Shown here: piece after piece, positions 27,172 to 37,349 of the stretch
How the letters are laid out: each line of letters starts with the position of its first letter
Numbering within the stretch: the stretch's first letter is position 1
Origin: Trueperaceae bacterium
GTDB taxonomy: Bacteria; Deinococcota; Deinococci; Deinococcales; Trueperaceae
Direction of reading: 5' to 3'
DNA: 46,105 nucleotides
Assembly (NCBI GenBank): GCA_040905465.1
Contig: JBBDRK010000074.1
Location: 27,552-73,656, forward strand
Notes under the pieces: model-generated
What the model saw: the letters and a program-made list of their open reading frames with translations, nothing else
Told to the model about the DNA's origin: nothing
The model's database searches: none
Program-made: the position numbers and the translations under genes

Positions 27172-27531
27172 TTACGGCGCCGCAGCCACCGGCGTAACGG
27201 CGGCCTCGTCCTCGTCGCCGGTCCGGATACGGTAGACCTTCTCGATCGGGGTCACGAATATCTTGCCGTCACCAACGTCGCCGGTGCGGGCCGAGCGGAG
27301 AATCGTCTCCAAGGCGAGCTGCACGAACGGCTCGGTCAGGGCGATGTCCAGCCTCACCTTGTCGACGAGCTCCATCTTGACGGTGGTTCCGCGGTAGGTC
27401 TGCACCGTCTCGGCTTCCCCGCCGTGACCGCGCACCGGTGTGACGGTGACGCCCTGGATGTCGTTCTCGAAGAGGGACTTCAGTACCTCGTTCAACCGTT
27501 CCTTGCGGATGATCGCGGTAATCAGTTTCAT
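27172..27531 (-). CDS. glnK: P-II nitrogen regulatory protein (amt-linked)
   Basis: MKLITAIIR, YRG, ARTGDVGDGKIFV, RIRTG; coupled to amt. Confidence 0.9.
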   Translation of the reverse strand: MKLITAIIRKERLNEVLKSLFENDIQGVTVTPVRGHGGEAETVQTYRGTTVKMELVDKVRLDIALTEPFVQLALETILRSARTGDVGDGKIFVTPIEKVYRIRTGDEDEAAVTPVAAAP

Positions 27532-28991
27532 GCCTTGCCGCCGATCGCACCCTCTTCGAACCCCTTGCCTGCCCGGGACTTCACGCCCCGGCCGGCAAAC
27601 TGTGCCGCCTTGCTCGAGCTCACCACCGGTATCAGCAGAGCGCCTTCGCCATCGGTATAGCCTTCTTCACCGTGCATGGGCACGTCGAGTCCCATCGCCT
27701 CGTGCGCCTCGACCGCTCGCAGAGGCACCAGCAGACGCACTCCGGTGGCTATGGCCAACGTTCCGACGGCGCTGAAGGCGATCGAGATTGCGATGGCGGC
27801 AGCCTGCGTGGCGAGCTGGGCGAGGCTCCCCCCGACCTCGCCGCCCCAGGCGGTCGAGACCAGGACGCCGGTGAGCAGGGCGCCGACGATGCCCCCGATG
27901 CCGTGCGCCGCGAACACGTCGAGCGAGTCGTCGATGCTGCTGTTCGTGCGCCAGGTGATCGCCCAGTAACAAGGGAGAACGGCCAGCGCACCGACGACGA
28001 GCGCGGCCAGCGGCGACATCACGCCGGCTCCGGGAGTTATCCCCACCAGTCCCACTACTATCGCGGTAGCCAGCCCCACCGCTGTTACCTTGCCTGCACG
28101 CCTCATGTCGAGCAGCGCCCACACCACCAGCGCCGCGGCCGGGGCCAGGAGCGTGTTGAGAAAGGCGACCGCGGCAACGGTATCGGCGGCGTATGCGCTG
28201 CCGCCGTTGAAGCCGAACCAGCCGAACCAGAGTATGCCCGCGCCCAGGAGGGTGAACGGGATCTGATGCGGCAGCATCGCCTTCAGGCCATGGTCGCGTC
28301 GCTTGCCGAGCAGCAGGGCGAGTACGAGCGCGCTGACGGCAGCGTTGATATGAACCACCGTGCCGCCCGCGAAGTCGATCGCGCTGCGACCGAATAGGTT
28401 GTCGAACAGTCCGCCGCCCCATGCCCAATGAGCCAGCGGGGCGTAGATGAGCACGCTCCACAAGGCGATGAACAGCATGTAGGCCGAGAACCTCATTCTT
28501 TCGACGACCGCCCCGGAAACCAGCGCCGTGGCGATGATCGCGAAGGCCCCCTGGAAGGCCAGGTCGAGAACGAGCGGGACGCCGTCTCCGCCGCTGAGGT
28601 TGTTCAGGAAGAAGTGACCCGTCCCGCCGACGAACCGGCCGCCATCGGCGTAGGCAAGACTGTAACCGAACAGGGCCCAGGTGATGGCGACTACCCCGAG
28701 CGCGACGAAGCTCATCATCATCGTGTTGAGCACGTTCTTGCGTCTAACCAGGCCGCCGTAGAAGAGCGCCAGCCCCACCACCATGAACAACACCAGCCCG
28801 GTAGACATCAGCAACCAGGCGGTAGCGGCGGTGTCGATCGCGGCTTCCGGCTGGATCACCGGCGGCACGGCTCCAGTCGCCGGCGTCTGGGCCACAGCCG
28901 TGCCCACTGTCATCGATACAGCCAGTAATGACGCCAACAACGACGCCCGAAACCACGACTCGCAACTCGACCGATTGCACTTCATCTTCAT
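27528..28991 (-). CDS. amt: Ammonium transporter
   Basis: GLALFYGGLVR, DFAGGTVVH, LWFGWFGFNGGS, DDSLDVFAAHG. Confidence 0.95.
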   Translation of the reverse strand: MKMKCNRSSCESWFRASLLASLLAVSMTVGTAVAQTPATGAVPPVIQPEAAIDTAATAWLLMSTGLVLFMVVGLALFYGGLVRRKNVLNTMMMSFVALGVVAITWALFGYSLAYADGGRFVGGTGHFFLNNLSGGDGVPLVLDLAFQGAFAIIATALVSGAVVERMRFSAYMLFIALWSVLIYAPLAHWAWGGGLFDNLFGRSAIDFAGGTVVHINAAVSALVLALLLGKRRDHGLKAMLPHQIPFTLLGAGILWFGWFGFNGGSAYAADTVAAVAFLNTLLAPAAALVVWALLDMRRAGKVTAVGLATAIVVGLVGITPGAGVMSPLAALVVGALAVLPCYWAITWRTNSSIDDSLDVFAAHGIGGIVGALLTGVLVSTAWGGEVGGSLAQLATQAAAIAISIAFSAVGTLAIATGVRLLVPLRAVEAHEAMGLDVPMHGEEGYTDGEGALLIPVVSSSKAAQFAGRGVKSRAGKGFEEGAIGGKA

Positions 28992-29247
28992 GTTGCACCT
29001 CTCAATACGGCATCTGTTACCGAAGGTCCGCCGGCACGCTCACATCCGTTCGCCCGGCGAGCGTAATGTTAGCACAGCTGTTATCAGTTGTCACTTTCTG
29101 CTTGCACACTCTGCATCTATGCGAGCCCCGCGTGCTATTTGTCATACACGGCGTGACTAATTGTTGCCGCTCGGTGGCACACTCTGCAAAGAAACCGGGC
29201 CAGGCGCTCTCACGCCTGGCCCGACCTATTCGACGCCCGCGGCTCTC

Positions 29248-29724
29248 TCAGTCCTCGGTTCGCGGATCCCGTCTCAAACCGGCGACCACCCCTGCCACGT
29301 CCGCCGGTTGCCAGCCCGGCGGCTTGAGTTGCTTCCCATCTGCCCGCTTCGGGCCGGTCGCCTTGCGCATGTTGGCAGAGTGCACTGCGGCGAACACCTC
29401 GTCGGCGTCGATACCGAACCAGACCAACGCACCGTAGGTGACGTACAGCAGGTCGGCGAGCTCGTGCGCGGCCGCGGCCAACCTGGACTCGCGCTCCTCA
29501 TCGGAAGCGCCGGAGGCGTCGGCAAGCCCGTCCAGGGCTTCCATCACCTCGGCGTTCTCCTCTTCGATCAGCTTGCGTCGCAGCGCCAGCAGATCCTTCC
29601 CGGGGAAAGTGGGGCTATCCGGCGCCCTCTCCCCGATAGCGTCGTGGAACTCCCTCACCCGCCGCGCGTTGCTTGCTGACCGCTCGACGAGAGCGTCCTT
29701 GCTTGCCGTGCTGTTCCTGGTCAT
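29248..29724 (-). CDS. MazG-like all-alpha NTP pyrophosphatase (DR2231/PRA-PH-like)
   Basis: VREFH, LIEEE, HELADLLYVTYG, VHSANMRK, RADGKQLKPPGW. Confidence 0.85.
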   Translation of the reverse strand: MTRNSTASKDALVERSASNARRVREFHDAIGERAPDSPTFPGKDLLALRRKLIEEENAEVMEALDGLADASGASDEERESRLAAAAHELADLLYVTYGALVWFGIDADEVFAAVHSANMRKATGPKRADGKQLKPPGWQPADVAGVVAGLRRDPRTED

Positions 29725-29755
29725 CCGGCCCATTCTAGCTGCCGACCAGCAGGTA

Positions 29756-31231
29756 CTACCCCTCGCCCAGGTACACCGACCCACGCCGGGGCGGTGCGTC
29801 GAAGCCGTGCAACCTGCCCTCCTCGACAGTCAACCGCAGTCCGCTCAACGGGTCGTGATACTCGCCGGCAAGGCCCTCACCCTGCACCGTGAGATCGAGG
29901 GGCAGTTGCCGGGTCCCGCGGTTCAGCACCACCACGATGCGGTTGCTTCCTGCCTGCCGCGCGAACACGACGAGGTCCCCTTCGGCGTGCAACACCCGAA
30001 AGTCACCGCGCCTGAGCGCCGGATTCTCGTGCCGCACCCGCGCCAGCGTGCGCACGTAATCGCGCAGAGCCTGGTCCCAAGCCGGGGAGCCGTCGGCAAA
30101 GCCTTCCTCGGCACCGTCCCAGGGAATCGTTCCTCGGCAGAACGGATCGTGGCCGCCCGAGAGCCCCAGCTCATCGCCGTAATAGATGCAAGGCGCTCCG
30201 GGGAACGTCAGGAGCAGCAGAAAGGCCATTCGTACCGCCTGCCGGTCGTCGCACAGCACGGTGTGAGCGCGCGGGGTGTCGTGGGAACCGATAAGGTTCA
30301 ACTGAGCCCTGGTAGTGTCTTCGCCGTGGCGCGTCACCAGGTCGTTCGCCTTATTGGCGAAGCCTGCCGCATCGAGTTCGGAGATCGCTACGTAGCCGCA
30401 CTTGGCGATCTCGGCGTGTTTCAGGTCACGGGCCACGAATCCGAAAGTGGCGCGCGTAAAGGGGTAGTTCATCACCGCGTCGAACTGATCCCCGCGGAGC
30501 CAGGGATCGGCTTCGCCCCAGATCTCCCCCACCAGGTAACAGTCCGGATTGACTTTCCGGCAACGACGCCGGAACTCCTGCCAAAAGCCGTCATCCTCGA
30601 TCTCGTTGGGCACGTCGAGACGCCATCCGTCGATGCCGGCTTCGAGCCAGTACTCCGCCACCCGCCAGAGGTACTCGCGCACGGCGGGATTGCGGGTATT
30701 GAACTTGGGCAGAGCGGGAAGGTTCCACCAGGCGTCGTAGCCGAGGCCGCCGTCATTGTAGGCGTTGAGTGGAAACTGACGGATGTGGAACCAGTCCAGA
30801 TAGGCGCTGTGCGGACCGTTCTCGAGGATGTCGGAAAACTGGAAGAAGCCGCGGCTGGCATGATTGAAGACGCCGTCGAGGACGATTCTCATGCCCCGCT
30901 CGTGGGCCTCGTCGATCAGCTCGCGAAGCGCCGCATCACCGCCCAACATGGGGTCGACGCGGTAGTAATCGTGAGTGTGGTACCGGTGGTTCGAGGCCGA
31001 TTGGAAAATAGGCGTGAAGTAGAGGGCGGTCACGCCCAGGTCGGCCAGCAGGTCGAGCCGCTCGCTGACTCCCAGCAGGTCACCACCCTTGTAGCCGTGA
31101 ACGGTGGGCTGGCTGCTCCACGGCTCGATGTTGCTCGGTTTGGGAAGTCTGCTGCTGCGGGCGAAGCGGTCCGGGAAGATCTGGTAGAAAACGGCGTCCT
31201 GGACCCAGGACGGCGGCGCCGAAAGTGACAT
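29756..31231 (-). CDS. GH13 neopullulanase/cyclomaltodextrinase
   Basis: WVQDAVFYQIFPDRF, DGVFNH, DGWRLDV, VGEIW, GSHD, YYGDE. Confidence 0.92.
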   Translation of the reverse strand: MSLSAPPSWVQDAVFYQIFPDRFARSSRLPKPSNIEPWSSQPTVHGYKGGDLLGVSERLDLLADLGVTALYFTPIFQSASNHRYHTHDYYRVDPMLGGDAALRELIDEAHERGMRIVLDGVFNHASRGFFQFSDILENGPHSAYLDWFHIRQFPLNAYNDGGLGYDAWWNLPALPKFNTRNPAVREYLWRVAEYWLEAGIDGWRLDVPNEIEDDGFWQEFRRRCRKVNPDCYLVGEIWGEADPWLRGDQFDAVMNYPFTRATFGFVARDLKHAEIAKCGYVAISELDAAGFANKANDLVTRHGEDTTRAQLNLIGSHDTPRAHTVLCDDRQAVRMAFLLLLTFPGAPCIYYGDELGLSGGHDPFCRGTIPWDGAEEGFADGSPAWDQALRDYVRTLARVRHENPALRRGDFRVLHAEGDLVVFARQAGSNRIVVVLNRGTRQLPLDLTVQGEGLAGEYHDPLSGLRLTVEEGRLHGFDAPPRRGSVYLGEG

Positions 31232-31341
31232 GGCTCCATTGTAATGAACCGGGCCCGGCAAAGAAGATGGCGCCGCCGCAAGTAGCGGGGCGCCCTCGTG
31301 TTAAGGCCTGCACCGCCGGAACTTCGCCGGCGGCGGGACGG

Positions 31342-32019
31342 TCAACCGACCAGCGCTCCTTCCGGATCACCCAGCCTGCGGAGCGCCCGTACGTCGGTAA
31401 TCGAGATGCAGCGATAGCCGGTATCGATGATGGCATCGTGACGCATGTCGGCCAGCTCCTTGGAGACGCTCTCTCGCGTGCTTGCCGTTCCCTCGGCTAT
31501 CAGCTCATGCGACGCGCAGATCTGCCAGGCGCCTTCGCCTGTTCGCTGCGCGAGCGGCGTCTTGATCAGCTTGCACAGGTACCGAGCGATGCGCTCACGC
31601 AGGAAACCGACCTGGAAGTCGTATTCGTCGTTCAGCAACCGCTTCGTCTGGGTTACCAATGAATGGACTACACCTATTACGTTCGGTCCGCGCACATCGC
31701 GTGAGTCGAATACCTCGATCGTTGCATCGGTGGCGGCTTCGGCGTCTGCGAACCGGCCCACCCCGATGAAAACCTCTTCCCCGAAGAGGTCACCAGGCAG
31801 TACGTGCCTGAGCGTCACGCTACGGCCGTCCGGCTTGATCCGCATCAGCCTGATCAGGCCGGCCTTGACGCGATAGAACGACTCTGGCTGATCGCCCTCG
31901 TGATAGAGCGGTTGCCGCGCGGTCAGCCGGACGTTCTGAAAGAGCTCTTCGGCAAAACCCTCCGGTACCTTTTGAGGTGCCTGCGTATCCCCGTGCATTG
32001 CGTAATCGGTCATCGACAT
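31342..32019 (-). CDS. Crp/Fnr-family regulator, LdrP-like
   Basis: cNMP-binding fold (LRHVLPGDLFGEE) plus HTH SHELIAEGTASTRESVSKELADM. Confidence 0.85.
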   Translation of the reverse strand: MSMTDYAMHGDTQAPQKVPEGFAEELFQNVRLTARQPLYHEGDQPESFYRVKAGLIRLMRIKPDGRSVTLRHVLPGDLFGEEVFIGVGRFADAEAATDATIEVFDSRDVRGPNVIGVVHSLVTQTKRLLNDEYDFQVGFLRERIARYLCKLIKTPLAQRTGEGAWQICASHELIAEGTASTRESVSKELADMRHDAIIDTGYRCISITDVRALRRLGDPEGALVG

Positions 32020-32217
32020 CGCTGCCTCCCCCTGTCTGTGACACGCCTACCGTGCTCGCCTCATCAATGAGAAGGGCTCGATTCGGATGTGAACGGCGTC
32101 GAGGGCCCCCAAACGTGCATCGGTGCCCACTGTGAACATAGTAACGAAAGACCATGTAGCGGTAGGAGCGGGCCGCTATCGTCAGGGTGCCGTACAACGG
32201 CAGGGGGAGGTAGTCAC

Positions 32218-33378
32218 ATGTTGAACAAATTGGAAAAAGCGGTTCTAACACTGCTCCTCGCGCTGGGAGCGGCGTTCGGCGCGGCCCAGGATACCGCTCA
32301 GCCAGCGGACCCGTTCGCACCGACCACCGAAACGGCGGAACCGGCGCCAGAGATTCCCGATGTCGCCTGGGTTCGTTTCGCCCACTTTTCACCGAACGCA
32401 GATGAGATCTCCGTTGATCTCAGGCCCACCAGCGAAGACGTCGCCTTTACCGGCGAAGGCTTCGGAACGATCCCATACCAGTCGTTGTCCGGGTATATGG
32501 AGATTCCTGCCGGCAACTACACGGTGACCGCCCAGGGCGGCGAGGCTGCCGATGCCCTGGAGGAGGAGCTGAGCTTCGCGCGCGGCAACCACTACACCCT
32601 TTCGGCCATCGGCATGGTGCTGCCACCAGAGGTGCGGGCCGAAGAGGCCGACGAGGAGGAGGAGGGCGGCTTCGTGGCGTTCTTCCGCAACCTCTTCGGC
32701 AACGGCGACGCTGACCGTGACCGGCTGGCGCTGCAGTTCCATCTGATCGAGGACGATCTTACCCGCGTTCCGAACGAGGGCGAGACGTTGATACGGGTAG
32801 TCCACGCAGCTCCAGGCACCGAGCCGATCGACCTGGCCGTCATGGGCGAGCAGGGGACGATCGTCAACGACGTCGAATTCGGGAACTCCAGCCGCTACGC
32901 CGGTTACGAAGGCGGCATGGAGCAGCTCGAGGTGAGACTGTCGGGTTCGCGAGCGGCGACTCTCGAGCTGACCAACCTGAATCTGCAGGCGGGCAATCTC
33001 AACACCATCTACGTAGTGGGCACTCCCGTCGAGCAAGCGCCGATCGCCGTCCTAGGCTCGAGCCTGGCCCCGGTCGAGGTCGGTATGGCCGCCGGTGAAG
33101 ACGTAGCTGCCGATGTCGTGGACGACGGCGAGACCGCAGGCGGAGGCGCGGCCGATGACGCCGAAGAGGCGGACGACGCCGCCGAGGACGGCGAAGGTGC
33201 CGAGGACGGTGACGCGACGGACGACGCGGCCGGCGAAACTGACGAAGCCGCCGACGACGCCGCCGATGACACTGGCGACGACACCGGCGACGACATGGAC
33301 GAGGAAGAACCGGCAACCGACGAGGAAGGCGCCGAAGAGCCGGCAACGGACGAAGAGGACGCCGAGCAGACCGACTAG
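32218..33378 (+). CDS. Secreted DUF4397-domain protein with long acidic tail
   Basis: Signal peptide; WVRFAHFSPNA and IRVVHAAPG repeats; D/E-rich C-terminus; GGGGGAGG RBS. Confidence 0.82.
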   Translation: MLNKLEKAVLTLLLALGAAFGAAQDTAQPADPFAPTTETAEPAPEIPDVAWVRFAHFSPNADEISVDLRPTSEDVAFTGEGFGTIPYQSLSGYMEIPAGNYTVTAQGGEAADALEEELSFARGNHYTLSAIGMVLPPEVRAEEADEEEEGGFVAFFRNLFGNGDADRDRLALQFHLIEDDLTRVPNEGETLIRVVHAAPGTEPIDLAVMGEQGTIVNDVEFGNSSRYAGYEGGMEQLEVRLSGSRAATLELTNLNLQAGNLNTIYVVGTPVEQAPIAVLGSSLAPVEVGMAAGEDVAADVVDDGETAGGGAADDAEEADDAAEDGEGAEDGDATDDAAGETDEAADDAADDTGDDTGDDMDEEEPATDEEGAEEPATDEEDAEQTD

Positions 33379-33408
33379 AAGCGGATCGGGTAAACGCTTA
33401 CGCAACTG

Positions 33409-33443
33409 GATCTCGAGGGCGGCTGATTGCCGCCCTCGAGATC
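33409..33443. terminator. Perfect 15-bp hairpin GATCTCGAGGGCGGC-TGATT-GCCGCCCTCGAGATC after the DUF4397 gene
   Basis: Directly visible; no U-tract. Confidence 0.55.
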
Positions 33444-33523
33444 GACCCGTGACACGTGACGCCGACCAAGCGACTGCTGGCGTCCTACAACGGGCGCCAG
33501 TCGCGGAAACCGAGCAAAAAGGC

Positions 33524-33588
33524 AAAGAAAAAGCTTTGAGAATCGCTCCGCCGGGGGGGCAGCGGGGTGCGGAGGTTCCTCAAAGCTT
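33524..33588 (-). ncRNA. Candidate ~60-nt hairpin sRNA with C-rich loop (may also act as the lysS terminator)
   Basis: Promoter TTGCAA(33618-23)-N17-CATAAT(33595-600); stem AAGCTTTGAG/CTCAAAGCTT followed by a U-rich tail. Confidence 0.5.
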
Positions 33589-33684
33589 GAGAACATTATG
33601 CATCAAGGGTGAGAAGATTGCAAGTGGTATTCGTAAAAATGTGGAAGCGTTTACAGCCGCCTGCAGTCGCCTACAGGCGGCACT

Positions 33685-35166
33685 TCATTCCGGTCGCAAG
33701 AGCGGAAAGAGGATCACGTCGCGGATGCTGGGCACGTCGGCAAGCAACATAGCCAGGCGATCGATCCCCAATCCCAACCCGCCCGTCGGGGGCATCCCGT
33801 ATTCCAGGGCCGCCAGGAACTCCTCGTCCACCCGGTGTGCCTCCTCGTCACCACCCTCGCGAAGCTGTTGTTGCCGCTCGAAACGCTGCCGCTGATCGAC
33901 CGGGTCGTTCAACTCGCTGAAGGCGTTCCCCAGCTCCATCCCCATCGCAACCGGCTCGAACCTCTCCACGAGCCCCGGACGTGAGCGATGCTTCTTGGCG
34001 AGAGGACTTATGACCAGTGGGTGGTCCATCACGAAGGTGGGCTGCACCAGATGCGGCTCCAGATAAATGTCGTAGAGCCTGTCATAGATCTGGTTGAGAG
34101 GCTGCTGCGCCGGCGGTTCGCTTCCTCCGCCCGGGTGATGCGCGTCCACCCATTCGCGGAGCCGGACCTCGTCCTGCAGGTCGAACTCGATTCCGGCACG
34201 CTTCGACAGCTCGCCGGTGTAGTCGACCCGCGGCCAGGGAGGCGTGAAATCGAGACGATGACCCTGGTAGTCGATCACCAGGGAGCCGGTGAGGGCATTC
34301 ACCAGACTCGAGTACATCTCCTCGACCAGCTCCAGGATGTCCAGGTAGTCGCGTCCGGCCCAGTACAGCTCGAGCATCGTGTACTCGGGATTGTGCTTGT
34401 AGGAGATGCCCTCGTTGCGGAAGTTGCGGCCGATCTCGTAAACCGCCTCGAATCCGCCGACGATCAGCCTCTTGAGGTAGAGCTCGAGCGAGATGCGAAG
34501 GTGGTAATCGTAATCGAGAGCGTTGTGGTGGGTGACGAAGGGCCGAGCCTCGGCGCCGCCGGGCACCGCCTGCAGCACCGGCGTCTCGACTTCGAGAAAA
34601 CCCAGGTCGTCGAGGTGACGGCGGATGAACGCGATAGACCGGGATCGCAGTACGAAGGCGCGGCGCACCTCCGGGTTGACCATGAGGTCGAGGTGGCGTT
34701 GACGGTAGCGCTGTTCCTTGTCGGAAAGACCGTGGAACTTGTCGGGCAGCGGCCTCAACGACTTCACGAGCGGCCTGAACTCGGCGGCCCGGACGGTGAG
34801 CTCCCCGGTCTTGGTCACGAACAGAGTTCCCCGCACCTCCAGCCAGTCGCCCAGGTCGATCTTCTTGAGAGCGGCGTAGCGCTCCAGCTCGTCGCGTTGG
34901 AAGTACGCCTGGATCTCACCGCTGCCATCCGCGAGCGTCGCGAAGGTAACCTTCCCCATTCCGCGCACTGTCATCGCCCGCCCGGCGACTACCACCTCCT
35001 CGTCCCAGGTCTCGCCGGGCTCGGCACCGTGATGACGGGAGCGCAACTCGGCCGCGTTGTGGGTGGCCCGGTATCGGTACGGATACGGTTCGAAGCCGAA
35101 CTCTTCGAGCCTCTCCAGGTTCTGATGTCGCTGCTGTCTTTGTTCGTGAAGGGACTTTTCCGACAT
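33685..35166 (-). CDS. lysS: Lysine-tRNA ligase, class II
   Basis: [46 protein letters not shown]. Confidence 0.97.
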   Translation of the reverse strand: MSEKSLHEQRQQRHQNLERLEEFGFEPYPYRYRATHNAAELRSRHHGAEPGETWDEEVVVAGRAMTVRGMGKVTFATLADGSGEIQAYFQRDELERYAALKKIDLGDWLEVRGTLFVTKTGELTVRAAEFRPLVKSLRPLPDKFHGLSDKEQRYRQRHLDLMVNPEVRRAFVLRSRSIAFIRRHLDDLGFLEVETPVLQAVPGGAEARPFVTHHNALDYDYHLRISLELYLKRLIVGGFEAVYEIGRNFRNEGISYKHNPEYTMLELYWAGRDYLDILELVEEMYSSLVNALTGSLVIDYQGHRLDFTPPWPRVDYTGELSKRAGIEFDLQDEVRLREWVDAHHPGGGSEPPAQQPLNQIYDRLYDIYLEPHLVQPTFVMDHPLVISPLAKKHRSRPGLVERFEPVAMGMELGNAFSELNDPVDQRQRFERQQQLREGGDEEAHRVDEEFLAALEYGMPPTGGLGLGIDRLAMLLADVPSIRDVILFPLLRPE

Positions 35167-35336
35167 GACGCACCAGTGTAAGGGTTCGACGGCCGCGAAC
35201 GGTGTCGGGCCGGCGCGTCGGCCCGACCGCGCCCCGGGCGTCGGCCCTCCTTCGGCGGCGGAGCCGGGGCGGCAGGAACCGCCTCGGAAAAAGACCGACG
35301 TCTGCCCCGACGGTGCTCGCAACTAGCCGCCGGCGG

Positions 35337-35807
35337 TTAGTTGATCGACATCAAGGTGTACTCGCTCCGCCGGTTGTTGATCACCACCTCGACCGTGTCG
35401 CCCGCCCGCCTGCCCATTACGGCACGACCGAGGGGCGACTCATCGCTGACCTTGGGGATCTCGCCCTCCAGCACACCGGCCTCGATCGGTGAGACGACCT
35501 GGACCTCGAAGGCCTCCTTCGATGCAGTGTCCTGCAGCGTGACGGTCACGCCCAGGTCGACCTTGTCGACCTCGTGGGCGGCGATGATCTCGGCGCGATT
35601 GAGCTGGTCCTCGAGGTTGTCAATGCGCATCTCGAGCCGGGCCTTCTCTCGCTTCGCTTCCTCCAGCCCGGAGTCGTCGTAGTCGTCGGACGAGCCCGTC
35701 AGCTCCCGAAGGATTCGGGTAGCCTCCTCGAGGCGAGCGTACTCCTGCTCGAGCTGCGCCTTGAGACGGTCATACCCTTCCTGTGTAAGGCGAACCTGCC
35801 TTGCCAT
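35337..35807 (-). CDS. gfh1: Gre-family factor Gfh1 (RNA polymerase secondary-channel inhibitor)
   Basis: MARQVRLTQEGY...SSDDYDDSGLEEAK; the DDYDD tip is characteristic of Deinococcota Gfh1 rather than GreA (GDLSENAEY). Confidence 0.85.
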   Translation of the reverse strand: MARQVRLTQEGYDRLKAQLEQEYARLEEATRILRELTGSSDDYDDSGLEEAKREKARLEMRIDNLEDQLNRAEIIAAHEVDKVDLGVTVTLQDTASKEAFEVQVVSPIEAGVLEGEIPKVSDESPLGRAVMGRRAGDTVEVVINNRRSEYTLMSIN

Positions 35808-36028
35808 CTCTTCCTCCTGAGGCTTTGCATTCTGCCGGAACGTCTGGGCGGCCTTGCGCAACACGCTCCGGTATGCGCGCTTGCCCCCAACCGGCGGAAC
35901 CGGTGGAGGCAAGGCGGTTCGGCGGCCGAGCGCCGAGATTGATTTGACGCCGATATTGTAGCCCATCGCGGTCGCGACCGGCCGTCATACGGCACGAGGA
36001 ACGCGACACACGGCCCTAGACAGTCGAA

Positions 36029-36053
36029 GCGAGGGGCCCGCTGGACCCCTCGC
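36029..36053. terminator. Hairpin GCGAGGGG...CCCCTCGC downstream of proX
   Basis: 8-bp inverted repeat. Confidence 0.4.
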
Positions 36054-36114
36054 CGGTGTGTTTCACTTGCAGGCGCATGCCCGCGTGCATCGGTTGCTGG
36101 CTATTCGGCCGCGC

Positions 36115-37146
36115 TCAGTTCGCAGCGGCGCGCGCCTCCTGCAACCACTCGTCTGCCGCGTCGCGGTTCTCGTCGATCCATTCGTTGGCCATGGCCAGGA
36201 TCTCACGTTCGCTATTCTCGCCTTGACTGATGCGCACGGTTATTTCCGTCACGTCCGCAAGCGGAATCTCGATGAGCTCGAACAGGCGTGCCGCGGCAGG
36301 GTTCTCCGCCAGGAACTCGTTGTTGGCGACCGCTCTGATGTCGTTCGCCACGAAGCCCATGTCCAGCGGATCGTCCACGGCCCCCTCGACAGCGCTTACA
36401 GACATGAAATCCTCCAGGCCCTGCTGCGCCTCGCTCGGGAGAATCTCGGGCACGTTGATCCACATCACGTCTTCACCCGGGACAAGTTCAACGGTGGTGT
36501 AGTTGGGTGTCCAGGTGTAGTAGAGGATCGGTTCACCGGCGTTATAGCGCGCCACGACGTCGGCGAACATCGCCGAATACCCAGCAGTGATGGGGTTGAC
36601 ATGGTTCTCCAGCTCATATGCATCCATATGGTGGCTGATGACCTGCTCGCAGCCCCAGCCCGGCGGGCAGGCGCCCAAGTCGGCCAAACCGTCGCCGTTG
36701 GCGTCGAACGCTTCTTTCACCTCGGGACGCTTGAAGTCGTCGAGGGAGGTGATACCGAACTCCTCGACCGACGCCTTGTCGACGAGATAGCCTCCGAGCG
36801 CACCGGCCTCGACGATCTTGCCAACTTGCGAGGCATTCTCTTCGAAGTTGGCCGGCAGCTGCCCGTTGTGAATAGGGAACCAGCCGTTCGCCCAGTAGTC
36901 GACGTCACCCTGCGCGACCGCCTGATAGAAGATCGGGTTGGACACGCCTTGGGCGGGCTGGACGTCGTAACCGAGCTCCTCGAGCAGCGCGCGGAATATC
37001 GCTTCGATCGGCAGGGCCGATTCCCAGGTCGCCACCGCGGGCTGCACCTCAACGCCCTCTCCCGGGCGCTCATTCTGACCCAAAGCGTTACCGCCCAGGG
37101 CCAACGCGAAAAGTACCAGTATCGAAATCAGTACGGACTGCTTCAT
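36115..37146 (-). CDS. proX: Glycine betaine/proline ABC substrate-binding protein
   Basis: Signal peptide; GACPPGWGCE, YYTWTPNY. Confidence 0.9.
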   Translation of the reverse strand: MKQSVLISILVLFALALGGNALGQNERPGEGVEVQPAVATWESALPIEAIFRALLEELGYDVQPAQGVSNPIFYQAVAQGDVDYWANGWFPIHNGQLPANFEENASQVGKIVEAGALGGYLVDKASVEEFGITSLDDFKRPEVKEAFDANGDGLADLGACPPGWGCEQVISHHMDAYELENHVNPITAGYSAMFADVVARYNAGEPILYYTWTPNYTTVELVPGEDVMWINVPEILPSEAQQGLEDFMSVSAVEGAVDDPLDMGFVANDIRAVANNEFLAENPAAARLFELIEIPLADVTEITVRISQGENSEREILAMANEWIDENRDAADEWLQEARAAAN

Positions 37147-37349
37147 TGATGCCTCCATCTCGCTCGAACTTCGTTGCGGTCACTGCCTTGTGAAAACACG
37201 ACTCGCCACAACCTGCTTACACAACAACACGAACCTGCTTGAACATGAGCGTCCCAGGCGCATATTGGTTGCGTTCAAATCAACCCTAGCCCGTGTTTTC
37301 CGGCTCGCTTGCAATGCCGGATACAAACTGGAGCGGCTGTCACAATCGC

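Noticed and set aside
29065-29160. GlnR/TnrA or Pho box upstream of amt (TGTTA/TGTCA repeats)
   Set aside because: Spacing does not fit TGTNA-N7-TNACA or the 11-bp Pho period.
29438-31228. Long antisense ORFs (also 1883-3532, 33988-35181, 24908-26125)
   Set aside because: Shadows of real genes, typical of high-GC DNA.
35337-35807. Annotation as greA
   Set aside because: The coiled-coil tip is SSDDYDDSG (Gfh1 type), not GDLSENAEY.
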